Shown here: positions 29,099 through 32,000 of the stretch, in pieces
Numbering within the stretch: the stretch's first letter is position 1
Layout of the letters: each line of letters opens with the position of its first letter
Program-made: the position numbers and the translations under genes
The notes under the pieces: generated by a model
Database searches by the model: none
Told to the model about the DNA's origin: nothing
The model's input: only the letters and a program-made list of their open reading frames with translations
Assembly: GCA_021498095.1 (NCBI GenBank)
Contig: JAIZWK010000001.1
Location: 510,001-542,000, forward strand
Source: Candidatus Harpocratesius repetitus
Lineage (GTDB): Archaea; Asgardarchaeota; Lokiarchaeia; Sigyniarchaeales; Promethearchaeaceae
Length of the DNA stretch: 32,000 nt
Direction of reading: 5' to 3'

Positions 29099-30225
29099 TG
29101 GAAAAACAAGAATTGGAAGAAACCAAGCATATCACTTCAGTAAGCCTTGAAACACAATCAATGAAAACCCAAATAAATCAAGAATCGAAATTTAAAGAAA
29201 TTCGTAATGTATTTATGGGTATTGATATCGGATCTGTTTCCATTAAAATTCTACTACTAGATGAACAAGAAAACATTATTGAACGGTTGTGGTTGCGAAA
29301 TCAAGGTAGTCCAATTGAATCTTCAAAAAAGGGATTGGCTCAATTAAAGAGACAATTGGAAGATCATGGGATTTTAAACAAGATTCGAATTATTGGTGTA
29401 GGAACTACAGGTTCTGCACGATATCTTATCAAAAGTGTTATTGGTGGAGATATAGCAAAAACTGAAATTATTGCACACGCCGTGGCGGCTATTCATTATA
29501 ATCCAGAGGTTCGAACAATTTTAGAAATTGGTGGACAAGATTCGAAAATTATAATACTCAGAAATGGTATTGTTTCAGATTTTGCAATGAATTCTGTGTG
29601 TGCAGCCGGAACAGGCAGCTTTCTCGATCATCAAGCCAGTCGATTAGGTATTCCAATTGAAAAATTTGGAGAATATGCACTTCGAGCGAGTGAGAATGTT
29701 ACAATTGCAGGCCGTTGTGGAGTTTTTGCAGAAAGTGATATGATTCATAAAGCTCAAATGGGATATTCAAAAGAAAGCATCATCCGTGGATTGTGCGATG
29801 CATTAGTTCGTAATTATTTAAACAATGTTGGAAAAGGTAAAGAAATAGAAGAACCAATTCTATTTCAAGGGGGAGTTGCATTTAATAAAGGCTTGATTAA
29901 AGCATTTCAAGAAGAATTACATAAAAAAGTAATTGTTCCCGAAAATGGCTTGAATATAATGATGGGCGCTTACGGTGCAGCGTTATTGGTTAAAGAAGAA
30001 GCAGAACGAACTCAGAAAATGATTGGAACTTGGGAAACTAAATTCAGAGGATTCGATCTTTTGCATTTTGATTTTGAAACAAAAGCATTTCAATGTCAAG
30101 GTTGCCCAAATCGTTGTGAAGTGGTTTCTGTATATATGCATAAAAAAGACGAAGAAACTGGAGAAGAGAAGAAAGAATTAGTTGCCCGCTGGGGAGATCG
30201 TTGCGGTAAATGGGCTGTTTACTAA
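29098..30225 (+). CDS. ATP-dependent [4Fe-4S] activator (HgdC/BadF-BadG/BcrA-BcrD ASKHA family) with a C-terminal Cys cluster
   Basis: GIDIGSVSIK, GTTGSAR, TEIIAHA, EIGGQDSK, MNSVCAAGTGSFLD, CGVFAESD, FQGGVAFN, then CQGCPNRC...GDRC. Confidence 0.93.
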   Translation: MEKQELEETKHITSVSLETQSMKTQINQESKFKEIRNVFMGIDIGSVSIKILLLDEQENIIERLWLRNQGSPIESSKKGLAQLKRQLEDHGILNKIRIIGVGTTGSARYLIKSVIGGDIAKTEIIAHAVAAIHYNPEVRTILEIGGQDSKIIILRNGIVSDFAMNSVCAAGTGSFLDHQASRLGIPIEKFGEYALRASENVTIAGRCGVFAESDMIHKAQMGYSKESIIRGLCDALVRNYLNNVGKGKEIEEPILFQGGVAFNKGLIKAFQEELHKKVIVPENGLNIMMGAYGAALLVKEEAERTQKMIGTWETKFRGFDLLHFDFETKAFQCQGCPNRCEVVSVYMHKKDEETGEEKKELVARWGDRCGKWAVY

Positions 30226-30251
30226 TCACTTTAAATTAAGGGTTTTTAATC

Positions 30252-30503
30252 ATGGATAACAATAACTTTTCTATTTCGCAGAAAAATAAGTTAAATGAAA
30301 AATCATCTTCAATCAAATCTTTAATTGATGTAGATAAAGTAATTAGTGATATAAAAAAAATAGCTAGACAAATTCAAACTCCTTCAGATTTATTGGATTT
30401 AACTTGGGAACAACTAATTCCTAAGATAGTTAAGGAAAAAACGGATGACTTTTTCCAAAACGCTCAAAAAACGATTGATTATTTTTTCCGACACTTAATT
30501 TAA
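30252..30503 (+). CDS. Small hypothetical protein (83 aa), last gene of the cluster
   Basis: ATG 26 nt after the activator stop, same strand, with helical amphipathic-looking sequence. Confidence 0.55.
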   Translation: MDNNNFSISQKNKLNEKSSSIKSLIDVDKVISDIKKIARQIQTPSDLLDLTWEQLIPKIVKEKTDDFFQNAQKTIDYFFRHLI

Positions 30504-30560
30504 TCTAATTTAATCTAAATCTGATTGAAATCAAAAAAAAAAAGTAGTAAAAAAGAATTA

Positions 30561-32000
30561 TTATAATTTTCTGACTAATTTTTTATTTTTTTTCGATTTA
30601 GGCTTCGATTCTGGTTTTTCTACTTTAGATGGTGTTTTATCAACCTCAATATTATCTGAACTTTCTGTATCACTTTCTACCTCAGAAATTTGGGATTTTT
30701 GCATTAAACGTATCTTCAATCCTGTATAAGAAGTTGCAAAAACTAAAACTCCACCAATAATTATTCCAATAACAAACATAAGCCAAATCATGGAATTAAA
30801 TGTTTTAGTTGTTTCAATTTCAAATTTAACTGGATCGGATAATTCAGAAGTTAATCCATCAGTATCTTGTATGAGAATTTGAACTGTCCATGTCCCAGCG
30901 GCTAATTCTGCGGTATTTAATTGGAATTTCTCGGTTTCAGAGTATTGGTAAGGAATAGTATATTGTTTTTGAGTTCCTGTTGCATCATGGGTTAAAATAA
31001 TAGTAATATATGCATATACTTCTTTATTATTTTCATGATTCAAAGCGATAATACTCGCATCCTCATCATCAATTACATCAAACGTGAAATTTAAAACTTC
31101 ATTTTGAGTAAAGCTTAGAGGTTCTCCATAAAAACCATTAATGTAAAATTTATTTACTTCAGGAGCATTATTCTTGAGTTGAATTTCTATGGTTTCACTT
31201 GATTTACCAATTAACGTTTCATTATCAGTTGCATATTCTCTTAATTCAACATTCATTGTAATTACTCCGATATTGATTGTTGTAGGAAAGAGAACTTCTT
31301 TTTCAAATAACCATGAAGTTTCAGTTAAATTTGGTAAAATATCATTGTAATCACTGAAGAAAATAGCAGTTCCACTAATTGGATCTTTAGCAGTGATTGT
31401 GATTCGAAAATTTTCAAAATGACCATCAATATCTGAAGCATTAAGTCGAAGTTTAAAGTTTTCTCCTCGATATACAGGAATACTTGTGGAATTGACTTGA
31501 TTATATATACTTTCGCCGATTTCTAATTGTATTGCATCAATAATAGGATCGTTATTCAAGATCTCAAAATAATATAAATCAACATTTCGTTCATCAGCAT
31601 CCCAACAAGTTGCATTGATGTAATAATTTCCTAGTGCAGTATCATTCGCAATATCATAAGAATACTCAAATACTGACTCGTTGTTTACAAAAATCTCGAT
31701 AGGTGTTGCTGAACCAGATCTATATAAGCTAATCATCCAAGTTAAATCTCCAACAGCTTGTTCAACATCTGATGGGAAAAATTCCATGTTAATTGTTTCT
31801 TCTCGATAATATTCTTCTTTATCTAGTTGAACAGAAACAGATGGCTTATTATTCTCAATAATAAATGAAGCATCTGGATCATTGTTTTCTATTCCACCAG
31901 AAGTTCCTTGAATATAAACATTAGCTTGTCCTGTAATATTATAAGCATCTGGAGTAAATAGCACAGACCAAACTTGAGGATTACTTGTTGTGTTAGCCAT
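30561..32000 (-). CDS. Membrane-anchored extracellular protein with repeated Ig/cadherin-like domains (probably 5' truncated)
   Basis: Acidic, beta-rich repeats that each start NN.P (NNKPSV, NNDPII, NNAPEV), with DxD/E motifs and several N-x-S/T sequons. C-terminal TM (MIWLMFVIGIIIGGVLVFA) followed by a charged tail. The ORF reaches the window edge. Confidence 0.75.
   Translation of the reverse strand: MANTTSNPQVWSVLFTPDAYNITGQANVYIQGTSGGIENNDPDASFIIENNKPSVSVQLDKEEYYREETINMEFFPSDVEQAVGDLTWMISLYRSGSATPIEIFVNNESVFEYSYDIANDTALGNYYINATCWDADERNVDLYYFEILNNDPIIDAIQLEIGESIYNQVNSTSIPVYRGENFKLRLNASDIDGHFENFRITITAKDPISGTAIFFSDYNDILPNLTETSWLFEKEVLFPTTINIGVITMNVELREYATDNETLIGKSSETIEIQLKNNAPEVNKFYINGFYGEPLSFTQNEVLNFTFDVIDDEDASIIALNHENNKEVYAYITIILTHDATGTQKQYTIPYQYSETEKFQLNTAELAAGTWTVQILIQDTDGLTSELSDPVKFEIETTKTFNSMIWLMFVIGIIIGGVLVFATSYTGLKIRLMQKSQISEVESDTESSDNIEVDKTPSKVEKPESKPKSKKNKKLVRKL

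Noticed and set aside
510-30229. Other 60-115 aa ORFs in the track that overlap larger genes
   Set aside because: They lie inside or antisense to well-supported CDSs and show no motifs.
1-32000. tRNA/rRNA genes, CRISPR arrays, selenocysteine read-through
   Set aside because: No cloverleaf with T-loop consensus, no repeat-spacer array, and no conserved CDS interrupted by an in-frame TGA were seen. A manual scan could miss divergent cases.

Overview
AT-rich archaeal chromosomal window, most likely from an Asgard (Lokiarchaeia-like) genome. This is inferred from a Sec61alpha-like SecY, Loki-style LRR modules and the archaeal rpl21e-rpoF-DUF655-ksgA-hemK gene string. Housekeeping genes include secY, a DUF106 Oxa1-family insertase, TrpRS, a bacterial-type ClpB, a class II ribonucleotide reductase, a two-gene SufC/SufB (SMS) Fe-S system and an M24 peptidase. 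Three things stand out. (1) A co-oriented cluster at 24.6-30.5 kb joins a bacterial-type PlsC acyltransferase and a catalytically degenerate PlsC paralog to a split DUF2229/reductase/ATP-activator triad of the family that includes anaerobic plasmalogen synthase PlsAR and glycerol ester reductase. It is a candidate acyl-ester to (vinyl-)ether lipid pathway in an archaeon. (2) A 2,637-bp insertion in the 3' end of a SNF2 gene is bounded by a 118-bp direct repeat. It carries an LRR gene and a 547-bp segment with 26-bp inverted repeats, but no integrase. (3) The monomeric-type B12 RNR has an N-terminal ATP cone and an LRR module fused after its C-terminal redox cysteines. No tRNA, rRNA or CRISPR array was recognised. 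All calls are by motif recognition only; no database searches were run.
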